Position numbers and translations under genes: made by a program | Shown: positions 12,230 to 25,103 of the stretch, piece after piece | Numbering within the stretch: position 1 is the stretch's first letter | Layout: every line of letters starts with the position of its first letter | DNA from: Macrostomum lignano | Lineage: Eukaryota | Direction: 5' to 3' | Assembly (NCBI GenBank): GCA_002269645.1 | Contig: NIVC01000981.1 | Span: 191,801 to 255,800, forward strand | DNA length: 64,000 bases | Notes under the pieces: model-generated | Databases searched by the model: none | What the model was told of the DNA's origin: nothing | The model's input: only the letters and a program-made list of their open reading frames with translations

Positions 12230-12773
12230 TTTAGATAGAGAATAAGTCAATAAAGAATTGTGTCAAGTTTGAAGTCAATCGCTTTACTTGGAGCAAACTT
12301 ATGGCAGCTGAAAGTTAGTCAATTTTGAAACCCTTCTATAAATCTGGGCCCAGATCGGGATCGGGAAAGAGAGGCAGGCGGGCGGAGGTTGGGGTGGCTG
12401 CCTCGCTGAAAAAAAGCAGACTAACTTTAAAAGTGCATAGCGCCGTTCAGGATTAACTTTGAGATTTGAAATTTTACACGATTGTGTCAAAATAGTTTAA
12501 AATTGCCTGTGTCAAATTTGAAGAGAATCGGTAGAAGTGGAGCGGCGCTATGGAGAATTTAGTGAAAAAATCACGCATTTTGAGCAGTTTTTTGTACTTT
12601 TAGGTAGGAAGACTTGAGTCTAGGAAATTAAAAGGTAGCCTAAGACATTCTCCGTAGTAAGTTTAGGGTGGGTGTAAAGTTTGGTGTCATTTGGTTGAGC
12701 GGTTTGGGAGTCCATAGCGAAGTAATTTGTCCACAGACAGACAGACAGAGTTTTGATTTTTATAGGTAGAGAT
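12230..12773 (+). mobile_element. Non-autonomous Helitron/Helentron-associated repeat (Lep1/DINE-1-like)
   Basis: Motif TGTGTCAARTTTGAAG..AATCG recurs at ~12259 and ~12508, with a diverged copy at ~12672. Ends with (ACAG)n and ...TTTTATAGGTAGAGAT, the typical layout of these elements. 5' boundary uncertain. Confidence 0.45.
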
Positions 12774-13757
12774 ATCTATGGCTAAAACCCCAACTCTTCA
12801 GCTATTCATAGAGCTGAGCTATTCTCTAATACAAAACTTTTCTGACGACCCTAGTACATGTATTGAGTTTAAAAAGATCATTTTTTAGCTTGGTAAGATT
12901 GCTATCTCCATTTTTGCCTAGATTTTAGGTCTAGAATAGATCATTTTACCTATAGCTACTATTCTATATATTATTGAGTATATTCATGTTTATGTCTAAA
13001 ATAGAATTTCTATGTACTTTACACCTTTGTAACCACCTTTAAAATCTATAGAATACATAAGAATAAAGTTGTATTACTATTAGTTATAATACAAAGAATA
13101 GGCAAATATTTCTTTTTACATTTATCAATTCCTTATTTAGAAAAAGCTATCACCAAGCAAAAGTGGTTTGGCATCTATTTTTCCTAATCTATAATAGTGT
13201 ATTATTAATAAGCAGAGCTGACCATGGACCAACAGCCTTTACTGCTGGTAATTTTTTGGAGTCTATGGTAAAAGAAAAGTTATCTGCTACATAGTAGCTA
13301 TTCTTGCTGAGTATGGTCAGCAATGCTGATCATACAAAAAATAGGTGAAAAAGTCCTAGTTATTTGCAATGTAATATACCAACTTGGTTTCAGCATTCTC
13401 TGTGATGATGTCATCAGTCTCAGAATCAAATGTATGCAAAATGTCCATGGTTGTAGCTGATTTAATTTTCAATAAAATTATGCACTGCTTTAATTGAGTA
13501 CTTATTAAGTAGGTATAGTGGTTTCTCTTTCAAAAAGGCATGCTTGTAGATTTTAAAGTGAACCATAGATTGTGTCTATACTCTATAGCTAGATATTGAG
13601 TATATACACTGTGTAATCTATTTAAAAAAAAACATTAAGTAAAATGCACTTTGAAACTATTTTTTTCATCCCTATGTTTGTCCAAGCTAAGTTTAAAATG
13701 CTCCTTTCTAAGCTAGAAAGGCTTTGCACAAGGGCACAATAAGATTCTACCTATGGT

Positions 13758-13899
13758 CAGTAGCGCAACCAGAAATTTTTCAAGGGGGGGGGGGTGGATT
13801 CTGAGGGTAAAGTCCCGGGAAAGGGGGCGGCAGAGGGGTGGCTCTGTTTTTGGCGAAAATTCGCTTGGTCCCCCTTTGATTTTTTTTGGTCCCTAACTG
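13758..13899. mobile_element. Small hAT-type MITE remnant
   Basis: CAGT...ACTG ends flanked by a perfect 8-bp duplication CCTATGGT (13750-57, 13900-07). GC-rich island in AT-rich DNA. Confidence 0.55.
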
Positions 13900-15128
13900 C
13901 CTATGGTCTATGGTTAGCCTAGCTGACCATGCTGGCAAGAATGGAGCTTTTGTATTTCTAGCTCTAGTGTGAAAGGGTTAAAGCTATATTAATAGCCTTA
14001 ATACTATATCAGCTCTATATTTTATACTAATATGTTTGACTGATGTCATTTTAATTTTCAATTTTAAAATAGCCTATTTGTTGTATAAGAAAATTCTACA
14101 TTGATTTATATAAGTCCTGCATTTGAGTTGCCAGCTATCTAGGAGAAGATACACATTAAGCCCAATTGGTTCACCTAGCTTTAGATATAAGATACTAATG
14201 GTATACTATAGTATAGTATTTTATAAATACTAATGGTGCTAAAATTATGCCATAGCTAAAGTTTAGATAGTATCATATGAGATTTTTGAAACTCAAGATT
14301 TGCACTCTAGAGATAATCAAGAATTTAGATTAGGTCTAATTGTCTAATTAGCATCTAGTCGGCCAATTTATACTAATTAATCTATTAATGCTAATATTTT
14401 TAATTGTTAAAGTGTACCATGAAGGAAGAATGCTTATTTAACATTGAGCTTGTTAATAACTTAATCTAAATATATCTTTATTTATATCTATAGCAAACTG
14501 TTTTCCTGTAATTTACCTTAATATTTAATGATATTAAATCCAACATTGCCAATACTTACTTTATAATTAACATTAAAATAATCAGGAAGTAAAGAATAAT
14601 AGCAATTATTTAACTTATTCATTAAATGTTTTTAGTAAAATGTTTGGAATAATTGCTATGATTGCATTCATCTTAACTTTAGTCCATATTAGAGATTTAG
14701 TATATGGTGATTATCTCCAAATAATACAATGTGCATATGGCATAAAATCTCTATTGCTTGAATCCTCAACCCTAGGGACTTTAAGGTTCCTATCATAAAA
14801 GGCTTGGAAGCTAGCAAAATTCAGTAACTTTCAATGCAGAAAAAGAAATAACAGTAGTTTCTTGTTATTTCTTTGTCCAATTAATAGGAAATACAACTTA
14901 AAGAAATAATGTGCAGCTATGTTCGATGATATATGATTGTTGTAGTTTAGTGCCATGAACAGGATTTTTGTAGGAAACATGGCCCGTCTCAGTCAGCACC
15001 TGGCATAATGACTGGCACACAATTATCCTGCAGAAATTATTGTTGCTTTAAGATGAAAATGAGTATGTCCAATAGATAACATTGTAAAGAGAAAAATTGT
15101 ATTCTGAATACAATACCAACAGCCAGTC

Positions 15129-15716
15129 ATGAAGTTCGGCATGCGCAGCCGATTAAAGTCTGGCGGTCAGGCGCGCCTATTTGAATTCTTCTACGAGCTG
15201 CATCGCAACAGCCCGGGAGCTGATCCCGTGTCAGAGTTTCGCTACTGCCCACTTGACGTCAGTTTAAATGTGCTTGAAGAGTGGGAGAAGCGCATAGTGG
15301 AGTACGCCATGCCCAGTTGGTATGAATTCGATCACCTCTCCGACTCTCTGTGCAGCGTATTCACTGACATCAATTCCGTGTTCACATTCCTATTTGTGAA
15401 ATATTATCGAGACGAGGATAATGCTAATGGTCTGCGCTGTTTAGCCATTGTGTCGCATCATCCTCTGTTCGAAGTGTTTCCGGAACTGTTGCAGTGTCTG
15501 TCTCACCTGTTGGTGCACAAATCTAGTAGGAATCTGTCTATGGTTAAGGGTGCCCTGACCAAACTGGCTGCCTGCGATAAACTGCGGCCTTCAGCCACCC
15601 TGACTGACCTGGCTGGGGTCAGCTTTCAACACTTCGTGCTGCGACGTACTGCGCCTCCAGACAATCAACTGCCCGGCCTGACTCAGTGCAGTCCGCTGAT
15701 GGAGCTGTTCAATAAG
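15129..15716 (+). CDS. DENN-domain protein (DENND1/connecdenn-like Rab GEF), exon 1 (uDENN)
   Basis: ATG at 15129; uDENN-like LFEFFYE...FTD...F.F...CLAIVSHHPLFEVF. Donor AAG|GTTGGT at 15717, phase 0. Full model is 5 exons, 709 aa. Confidence 0.85.
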
Positions 15717-15794
15717 GTTGGTGGACTCTGGAAAGGATACGGAGATTGAGTTGTTTTCTAGGAATCCGGATAGCAACCCCGAGCTGAAAGCTAG

Positions 15795-16115
15795 CTACCC
15801 GGTAAAGCAACCAGTAATCAGGGTTTTATCTACCCGGTAATCAGGGGTTTAGCCAACCGGTAAGGCAACGGGTAATCAGAGGTTTAGCCAACCGGTAAGG
15901 CAACGGGTAATCAGAGGTTTAGCCAACCGGTAAGGCAACGGGTAATCAGGGTTTAGCTACCAGGTAATCAGTGTTTAGCCAACCGGTAAGGCAACGGGTA
16001 ATCAGGGTTTAGCTACCAGGTAATCAGTGTTTAGCCAACCGGTAAGGCAACGGGTAATCAGGGTTTAGCTAACCTTTAAGGCAATGGGTAATCATTGGTT
16101 TAGCTACCCGGTAAA
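15795..16115. repeat. Intronic ~35-bp minisatellite (CCGGTAAGGCAACGGGTAATCAGAGGTTTAGCCAA and shorter variants)
   Basis: Directly visible tandem units. Confidence 0.9.
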
Positions 16116-16644
16116 TTAACCAGAAGCAGTGGGTGAGGCAGGCACATCAGTTTTTATCTCTAATTACGTAGTTTTGTGCTGGTTTAATCTAGAATGTCGA
16201 CTTTTTACCATCGAAATAAGGTTTAATTTCTCTCTTTCTGTCGCAGTTATCTTTTAGCGCATTTAATACATTTAACATTTCTGCTTTGTAAACCGTGATG
16301 TTTGCCTAACTTACTACGTCGTAATCACAACAACTATATTAAGAGTTAGTTCAAATAACTTCTTGGTTCATACTCCTAGTTCTGTACATGTAGATATACC
16401 GTATCATAAATCTCTGTGTCAACAAATGCAATCTTTGGAATAACGGCTTTATCTATGCACTCTCCGCATCAAGTCACCACTGACAATGTGCTAATAAGAC
16501 TGACTGCTTGAGATAGTAAAGCTACGACTTTGTTCTGTGGGCTATTTTTAACTACACAGCAGAACACAAGTGCTTGGAATGTTTTGAACTAACTAACTAC
16601 TTTAGTTTTAATTAAATTGTGTCTTCTATGCATCTATGGTAAAG

Positions 16645-17965
16645 ATCTAACCCTCTCCCTCCTCTGACCCTCTCCCTCCTCTGACCCTCTCCCTCCTCTG
16701 ACCCTCTCTCCCTCCTCTGACCCTCTCTCCCTCCTCTGACCCTCTCCCTCCTCTGACCCTCTCTCCCTCCTCTGACCCTCTCCCTCCTCTGACCCTCTCT
16801 CCCTCCTCTGACCCTCTCCCTCCTCTGACCCTCTCTCCCTCCTCTGACCCTCTCCCTCCTCTGATCCTCTCCCTCCTCTGATCCTCCCTCTGATCCTCCC
16901 TCCTCTAATCCTCCCTCTGATCCTCCCTCCTCTGATCCTCTCCTCCTCTGATCCTCCCTCCTCTGATCCTCCCTCCTCTGACCCTCTCTCCCTCCTCTGA
17001 CCCTCTCCCTCCTCTGACCCTCACTCCCTCCTCTGACCCTCTCCCTCCTCTGATCCTCTCCCTCTTCTGATCCTCCCTCTGATCCTCCCCCTCTGATCCT
17101 CTCTCTGATCCTCCCTCGTCTAATCCTCCCTCTGATCCTCCCTCCTCTGATCCTCCCTCCTCTGATCCTCTCCTCCTCTGATCCTCCCTCCTCTGATCCT
17201 CCCTCCTCTGATCCTCCCTCCTCTGATCCTCCCTCCTCTGATCCTCTCCTCCTCTGATCCTCCCCTCCTCTGATCCTCCCTCTGATCCTCTCCTCCTCTG
17301 ATCCTCCCTCCTCTGACCCTCTCCCTCCTCTGATCCTCTCCTCCTCTGATCCTCTCCCTCCTCTGATCCTCTCCCTCCTCTGATCCTCTCCCTCCTCTGA
17401 TCCTCCCTCCTCTGATCCTCCCTCCTCTGACCCTCTCCCTCCTCTGATCCTCCCCTCCTCTGATCCTCCCTCTGATCCTCCCTCCTCTGATCCTCTCCTC
17501 CTCTGATCCTCTCCCTCCTCTGATCCTCTCCTCCTCTGATCCTCTCCCTCCTCTGATCCTCTCCCTCCTCTGATCCTCCCTCCTCTGATCCTCCCTCCTC
17601 TGATCCTCCCTCCTCTGACCCTCTCCCTCCTCTGATCCTCCCCTCCTCTGATCCTCCCTCTGATCCTCTCCTCCTCTGATCCTCCCTCTGATCCTCTCCT
17701 CCTCTGATCCTCCCTCTGCTCCTCTCCTCTGATCCTCCCCTCCTCTGATCCTCCCTCTGATCCTCTCCTCCTCTGATCCTCCCTCCTCTGATCCTCCCTC
17801 CTCTGCTCCTCTCCTCTGATCCTCCCCTCCTCTGATCCTCCCTCTGATCCTCTCCTCCTCTGATCCTCTCCTCCTCTGATCCTCCCTCCTCTAATCCTCC
17901 CTCTGATCCTCCCTCCTCTAATCCTCCCTCTGATCCTCCCTCCTCTGACCCTCTCCCTCCTCTGG
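16645..17965. repeat. Intronic 15-19-bp minisatellite (CTGATCCTCCCTCCT / CTGACCCTCTCCCTCCT)
   Basis: Directly visible; explains spurious ORF 16905-18017. Confidence 0.95.
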
Positions 17966-18113
17966 GCCTCTCTGCCTCCATTGAACTTCTCTCCACTCTT
18001 ATTCTGTTGAACTTCAAACCATCGCTTCCTTATTTAGTTGTTAAAATCTGATCCTAAACCTCGTGTATTACCCCACCTTAATCTCACTTGCCCATCTTGA
18101 ACTCTCAATCCAG

Positions 18114-18691
18114 GTGAGCTGTGCAGACACCCTGGTATTCATTCTGGCCGCGATGCTTATAGAAAAGAAGATATTGTTCGTTGGCAAGCGGCTTCGCCAA
18201 TTGAGTCTATCAGTGATGGGGCTCGTGTCGCTGCTCTACCCAATGTCCTGGGAGCACCTGCTGGTACCGACTCTATCCGACTCCAATATCGACCACATTG
18301 GCTGTCTGGTTCCCTACATCTTCGGTCTGGCCCAGCCTCTCTACTTAGCCAACGAGAAACAGATTGAAGCGAACTTCTCCGATCCCGATTTTATTCGAGT
18401 TGACTTCGAGTCTGGCGATATTTTTATGGCCCAAACCGATGGCGAACCTGACGAGCCCAGCCTGCCGACTTCTCTGGTTAAACGGGCGAAAAAGTCTTTA
18501 AAGCAATTGCAACTGCCTGCTGGCAGCAAGCAACAGGCTCCGGTGGCTGATACGCATTTCTCTCAGACTTTTCTGCGCATCAATGCAGAGCTATTGGCAC
18601 CGTTGAGGGCTCTGGCTATTAGAGGTGAACCGTTCGATGATGAGCAGTATCTGAAGCTTAGTCCGGATAGTTATCACAGCTTTCTGCGAAG
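18114..18691 (+). CDS. DENN-domain protein, exon 2 (cDENN core)
   Basis: Acceptor TCAATCCAG|. AAMLIEKKILF...LLYPMSWEHLLVPTL...VPYIFG is the DENN core. Donor AG|GTAATT, phase 2. Confidence 0.9.
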
Positions 18692-18714
18692 GTAATTAGA
18701 ATTTGCATTAGCAT

Positions 18715-19380
18715 TTGATTTATCCCCAGGGGGGAAACTGTCCCCAACCTGATTTATCCCCAGGGGGAAATTGCCCCCCACCTGATTTATCCCCAGGGGG
18801 AAATTGCCCCCCACCTGATTTATCCCCAGGGGGGAAACTGTCCCCAACCTGATTTATCCCCAGGGGGGAAACTGTCCCCAACCTGATTTATCCCCAGGGG
18901 GGGAACTGTCCCCAACCTGATTTATCCCCAGGGGGGGAAACTGTCCCCAACCTGATTTATCCCCAGGGGGAAATTGCCCCCAACCTGATTTATCCCCAGG
19001 GGGGAAACTGTCCCCAACCTGATTCATCCCCAGAGGGAAAATATCCGCTACCTGATTTAAACCCAGGGTAATATATCCTCCACCTGATTTATCGCCAGAG
19101 GGAAAATATCCCCTATTAAATTTATCCTCCTTAGGGAAATTGTCCAGTACCTTATTTATCCCAGAGGGAAATTTTCCTCTACCTGATTTATCCCCAGGGG
19201 GGGGATTGTCCCCTACCTAATTTATCCCAGAGGTAAAATATCCGCTACCTGATTTAAACCCAGGGGTAATATATCCTTCACCTGATTTATCACCAGAGGG
19301 AAAATATCCCCTGTTAAATTTATCCCAGTGGGAAAATATCCCCTATCTATTTTATCCTCAGTGGGAAATTATCCCTCACT
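18715..19380. repeat. Intronic ~33-bp minisatellite (CCTGATTTATCCCCAGGGGGAAACTGTCCCCAA)
   Basis: Directly visible; fills DENN intron 2 and degenerates rightwards. Confidence 0.92.
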
Positions 19381-19394
19381 GTTCCATTACCCAG

Positions 19395-19593
19395 GCTGTT
19401 CAGCTCGCAGATGTTCTCCGAATTCGTCTGTCGCTACCTGACGAGTCCCCAGGATGAGCAATACCTGATGTTCAATCGGGCAGCCGATGAAGCGCTGATT
19501 CGGCGCAAGAAGCTGCTGCCGAATTATCGGGCACTCAAGAAGTCTCTGCTGACTGCCACGGGAGAGGGGGCAAAGAGAGCGGCGACGGGGACA
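19395..19593 (+). CDS. DENN-domain protein, exon 3 (dDENN)
   Basis: Acceptor CCCAG|. Phase 2 join gives RLFSSQMFSEFV (dDENN xQMFxxF motif). Donor ACA|GTGAGC. Confidence 0.85.
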
Positions 19594-19699
19594 GTGAGCA
19601 GCTCTGCTTTTTGGGATTGGGGATTATTTTATCTGAGTTTGGGAGAATTTTAAGTTTGACGGGATTCTGCGATCTGAGTGTGGAAGAACACTTGGATCA

Positions 19700-20645
19700 G
19701 ATTATGGGGGATTCTGGGATCTGAGTATGGGGATTCTGGGATCTGAGTATGGGGATTCTGGGGTCTGAGTATGGGGACTCTGGGATCTGAGTATGGGGAT
19801 TCTGGGATCTGAGTATGGGGATTCTGGGGTCTGAGTATGGGGACTCTGGGATCTGAGTATGGGGATTCTGGGATCTGAATATGGAGGGATTCTGGGGTCT
19901 GAGTATGGGGAAATTCTGTGATCTGAGTATGGGGATTCTGGGATCTGAATATGGAGGGATTCTGGGGTCTGAGTATGGGGAAATTCTGTGATCTGAGTAT
20001 GAGGATTCTGGGATCTGAGTATGGAGGGATTCTGGGATCTGAGTATGGGGACTCTGTGATCTGAGTATGGGGAAATTCTGTGATCTGAGTATGAGGAAAT
20101 TCTGTGATCTGAGTATGGGGACTCTAGGATCCGAGTATGGGGAAATTCTGTGATCTGAGTATGGGGAAATTCTGTGATCTGAGTATGGGGACTCTGTGAT
20201 CTGAGTATGGGGAAATTCTGTGATCTGAGTATGAGGAAATTCTGTGATCTGAGTATGGGGAAATTCTGTGATATGAGTATGAGGAAATTCTGTGATCTGA
20301 GTATGGGGACTCTAGGATCCGAGTATGGGGAAATTCTGTGATCTGAGTATGGGGAAATTCTGTGATCTGAGTATGGTGACTCTGGGATCTAAGTATGGGG
20401 GATTCTGGGATCTAAGTATGGGGATTCTGGGATCTTAATATGGATGGATTCTGGGGTCTGAGTATGGGGATTCTGGGATCTGAATATGGAGGGATTCTGG
20501 GGTCTGAGTATGGGGAAATTCTGTGATCTGAGTATGGGGAAATTCTGTGATCTGAGTATGGGGATTCTGGGATCTGAGTATGGGGATTCTGGGATCTGAG
20601 TATGGGGACTCTGGGATCTGAGTATGGGGACTCTGGGATTCTAGG
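19700..20645. repeat. Intronic 22-24-bp minisatellite (GGGGATTCTGGGATCTGAGTAT)
   Basis: Directly visible; fills DENN intron 3. Confidence 0.95.
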
Positions 20646-20735
20646 ATCTGTGTTTGTGGGATTTAAGGATGTTTGTGATCTAAAGTTATTTCTTTTCTAA
20701 AATTCAAACAACCTTTACAAAACAATCTCCAACAG

Positions 20736-20975
20736 ACTGTGGCGATGCGCTCGTTTGCTCGCCATCTACCTAGCAACCACTCCGGCCCTCGAGCCACAAC
20801 CCTATATCCCGGCGAAAGCAGCAACCTGCGACAGCAGCAGCAGCAGGCGCCCGTATCTAAAACATCAACTTCCACTGATGATCTTGTTGACGGCGGGGGG
20901 ACCAGTTCTCCGCCTGTGATGACCCGGCCTAGGCCTGTCACAATGTCCGGTCTGCGCAATGCCGCAATCATTCAG
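20736..20975 (+). CDS. DENN-domain protein, exon 4 (low-complexity tail)
   Basis: Acceptor CCAACAG|, 240 bp open frame, donor CAG|GTAAGC. Confidence 0.75.
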
Positions 20976-21024
20976 GTAAGCTTTTATTGCGAGTACGAGT
21001 TACACGATGAACTATTTTAAGTTA

Positions 21025-21745
21025 GCGATGGCGGCGCCAAAATCAAATAAGTTGGCGGCGCCAAAATCAAAGTTAGAGATGGTGGTGGCGCCAAAAATCA
21101 AATTGGCAGATAGCGGCGCCAAAATCAAATAAGTTGGCGGCGCCAAAATCAAAGTTAGAGATAGTGGCGCCAAAAATCAAATTGGCAGACGGCGGCGCCA
21201 AAATCAAATAAGTTGGCGGCGCCAAAATCAAAGTTAGAGATAGTGGCGCCAAAAATCAAATTGGCAGATGGCGGCGCCAAAGTCAAATAAGTTGGCGGCG
21301 CCAAAATCAAAGTTAGAGATAGTGGCGCCAAAAATCAAATTGGCAGATGGCGGCGCCAAAATCAAATAAGTTGGCGGCGCCAAAATCAAATAAGTTGGCG
21401 GCGCCAAAATCAAAGTTAGAGATGGTGGCGCCAAAAATCAAATTGGCAGATGGCGGCGCCAAAATCAAAGTTAGAGATGGCGGCGCTAAAATCAAAGTTG
21501 GAGATGGTGGCGGCGGCGCCAAAAATCAAATTGGCAGATGGCGGCGCCAAAATCAAATAAGTTGGCGGCGCCGAAATCTAAGTTAGAGATGGCGGCGCCA
21601 AAATCAAATAAGTTATCGGCGCCAAAATCAAAGTTAGAGATGGCGGCGCCAAAATCAAAGTTGGAGGTGGCGGCGCCAAAATCAAAGTTAAGAGATGGCA
21701 GCGCCAAAATCAAGGTTAAGATATGGCGGCGCCAAAATCAAGGTT
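21025..21745. repeat. Intronic ~24-bp minisatellite built on GGCGGCGCCAAAATCAAA
   Basis: Directly visible; fills DENN intron 4, with 3 alternating unit types. Confidence 0.95.
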
Positions 21746-21823
21746 TGTGATTAATGTGCCAGACGCAAATGTCCCGGCTCTGCCAGAACTCAGATCTCCT
21801 AAAATCTCGACATCGCTTTCCAG

Positions 21824-22348
21824 AGCCCCACTGACAAGTCTAGCGTCGACTCCACTAAGATCTTCAACACCATCGGCAATCTGCAACGACAGCCGCCGAA
21901 ACGGCCGCCGCCGCCGCGACCTCCTCCGCCAAAGCCGTCGTCGATTGCCGCCGCAAGAGGATCGACGCCGCCGCTAGAGGCAGCTGAAGATGTCGAACAA
22001 CAAGACGACAGCAGCAGCGTTGACGACGACGGCGATGACGTGTCGACAGATTCGTCGCACGAATTGCGCGTCAGTTTGCACCTGGTTCCGACTTCGACGG
22101 CGCCAAAATTACCGTCGGCGGCTTCCTTTGATGTCGAAGATAATTATAGCGTCAAGGGCCGGCTGGCTTCCATGGCGTTTAAACGCAGTAACAGTTTGGC
22201 CACCAATCGCCTGATGCTGACTAACGGGCCGCCGCCTTTGCCGCCGTTGAGCTCGCTGCCCGATGAGGCGCCCAGCAGCCCGGCCCCGGTGGTGCTAGCG
22301 TCCAGCGGCAGTCAAAACTGCTGGGAGACGCAATTCTCTAAGTCCTAA
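21824..22348 (+). CDS. DENN-domain protein, terminal exon (Pro-rich and acidic tail)
   Basis: Acceptor CTTTCCAG|. SPTDKSSVDSTKIF...PPKRPPPPRPPPPKP...DDDGDD continues in frame into ORF 22040-22348 and ends at TAA. Confidence 0.75.
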   Translation, partial: SPTDKSSVDSTKIFNTIGNLQRQPPKRPPPPRPPPPKPSSIAAARGSTPPLEAAEDVEQQDDSSSVDDDGDDVSTDSSHELRVSLHLVPTSTAPKLPSAASFDVEDNYSVKGRLASMAFKRSNSLATNRLMLTNGPPPLPPLSSLPDEAPSSPAPVVLASSGSQNCWETQFSKS

Positions 22349-24770
22349 AAATTCAAAGTTTTAATAATTCCTAACTAAAATTCATGTATTTTCTTTTGGT
22401 GCCTACTTTGTAGTAGTATAAATAGTACCAAATGTGCCAGAAAAAGTTAAGTATAGTGTGTACTTTTGTTAAATGAACCCAGTTCCACGACTTTGAAATT
22501 TGTCTTTTGAGATTATCGATTGATTTTTTATTAGAAATTTGATCAAATTTGCATCCTGCGCTGTAATCGTGTGATGATCAATTTGTTTTACTAAGTGAGG
22601 CAGACTTCCGTTGCCTTTTATTGCCTTTTAAGATTTTTAAAAAGAAAAGAGTAACTGAATTTTATTTGCTTATTAATGGTTGTTGATGTTAAATGATTAA
22701 TAAGATCTGCCAGCAGAATATTTTTAACCTGTTTGTAAAAAAATTATTTTGCTCCCAAAAGCTACAAGTTTATTCATGCTATACAATTGTGCTACTTCTG
22801 TTGAGAGCATTTTGTACTTTAGTTTGTTCTTTTAATGTGCCCAATGTTGTTGCTTTCCGGTCTCGCTTTTGCCAGTGAATTCATCGAATTAAATTTATTA
22901 ATAACACGCATGTGATTTTAAAAAACGTAAATTTATCATCAGCTTTCTTGCAATTAACATTCAAGATATTTCTGTCTGATCACCTCCATCATTGAATTAC
23001 ATAGCCCCCATAATTTATTCATTCAGCTTTTTAACTATTTAATTTTATTGTGTCAAAGTCACACCGATATGTGATCTTTCATTTTAGATTTTTTAGTTAA
23101 TAGCTTTTTATTTCATGGTGTATTTTTCGGGTTTAAGACACTAAAAGTACATAAAAGCACGGGTTTAATACTATCGTGTTTGCAGTTTTAAATCTTGATC
23201 TTAATTATTTCTACTCCTATCTAGTTTGTTTATTATTTGACTGTTAATATAGTGACATTAACATAAAATTCACGCATCACTTAATTCCAGTTGTATTAAA
23301 TTTTTATTGTGTACTGACATTTTGTAAATAATGTGTAAATATATTAAATTGTGTAATTCTACATGTGAATATTCTGGCTTTCAATACAATCCAATTTTAA
23401 ATATATTGAAATTGCAATTTGCAAAGCAATTTCATATTTTATGATGCTATATATTTGCTATTAATTGATTTTTACATAATTGACGACTTTTGCTTTTTGT
23501 TTAGAAAATATTTGCATTGTACCACTTTAGGTAACCAAGTAAGATTATAACAGACTTAGAAGCAATAACGACGCTTTCATACAGTGACTGGACTGTACAG
23601 TAGGGCCCCGTGGTTCTTATATTAGCTCAGTCTCAGGGACGATTATTGTGCAGATTAGTTTGTATTGACCACCTTTTCGCAATGTTAGCATGTATACCAT
23701 TTTGAGTCTTAAACATCATTATATCTCCTTATATGGCAATCAGCGCAGCACTTTCATAAATCTTCATTAGATTCATAACTTCAGTCTTGTGAAAATAATT
23801 AGTGTGATGATGCGATATGAAAATTAAGTAGGGAGTCCCTAGCTTTATTGAATAAGTTTTGTATGTAGGTGCCGCCCCACTAGGGCCTCAAGAGGCGGGC
23901 ATCAGCTGAGATTTAATCGCCCCACCCACCACGCATTTGTTATCAAAAGATAAAGTTGTTTTGTTGGTCGTGGGAAATTCAAGGAATCGTGTTGTATTAT
24001 TACTGGTGCGCCTGTCTGTCTAGCCTTTGCGAAGCCATTATAATTACTAATCAATTAATTAGTCAAATAAAGTTGTTTTTATGAACCAATTCAACGTTTT
24101 GGTTATTTGGTTTGACTTTTGGTTTCGTGTTGAAAGTTTTATGACGCTACGGCCGAGGTTTGCTCCGCCAATTTGACCAATCGGAGCGCGAGCCAAAGTG
24201 TGAGAAAGTTTCAACCAAAACAAACCCCAAGTCGGGACAGCCAAGCCTCCTACCCGCCTCACGTGACCTCAGACTTGTTTTGAATATTGCGCTACTTATC
24301 GGGGCTGGGGGCGGTTGTCTTGAAATTTTATGACTACTAGCAGACTGGGGTCTCTACTTTCAGGAGAGGCAATAAAACCGTGTTTACTAGCGCAAGTGGC
24401 GCCACTTTGTCCCAGCTCTTTTAGATTATGCCGTGCAGTTGCACTAATATTGATAAACCGTTTTGTGTCTTTATTTTAAGCCACCTTTCGTAATTTAATT
24501 GCCTTAGTAGGTTTTAGAGACCCACTACAGGCTAGAGCTGGTACAATGGTCCGACCTACCTGGTACCTAAATGAAACATCTATTATATTCATTCTTTACC
24601 AGTTTTTTATTTTTTTTATTTTTCTGATGCTAAGATTGGATGCTTTGCAGAAAGCAACCAACATTTATGCTCGTTACTTTCAAGGCTCTCGCTTAATTAT
24701 TTGTCCTGGGGGTTCGCTAAAAACTGTTCAGCTTCAATTCACATGCGGCCTGAAATCTAACAGCGAAATC

Positions 24771-25103
24771 ATGGATGGTGACGCTAGTCCTAGTGCTTCA
24801 AATTGCAAAACCTCAACAACAGCGCAGGCTGCGCTTCCGCCAGAAGTGCAGCAGGCTCATAAATGTGCGGTTGACCGCGGCGAAGATACCTACATTGACC
24901 CCGCGACTGGTTATCGAGTATTTACTGAACTTGCCCACAAAAAACGTGGACATTGCTGTGGACACTTGTGTAGACATGTAAGTACATTATACAATCTTTA
25001 TTAAATTCAACTGTATACCATAATATTTTCGTTTAAAATCCTAAATATTTTGACGCATAAATTTCAGTGTCCTTACAACCACGAAGCTGTTAAGAAGAGT
25101 TGA
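24771..25103 (+). CDS. C1orf53: C1orf53/DUF5522-family small Cys/His protein, 80 aa, 2 exons (24771-24977, 25068-25103)
   Basis: AHKCAVDRGEDTYIDPATGYRVFTELAHKKRGHCCGHLCRH|CPYNH matches the family motif YxDPATGYxVxTxxAHxxRGxCCGxxCRHCPY. 90-bp GTAAGT...TTTCAG intron restores CPY. Confidence 0.92.

Noticed and set aside
24546-24770. N-terminal extension of the C1orf53-like ORF
   Set aside because: AT-rich with no family similarity; a splice acceptor and a good ATG at 24771 sit just before the conserved part.
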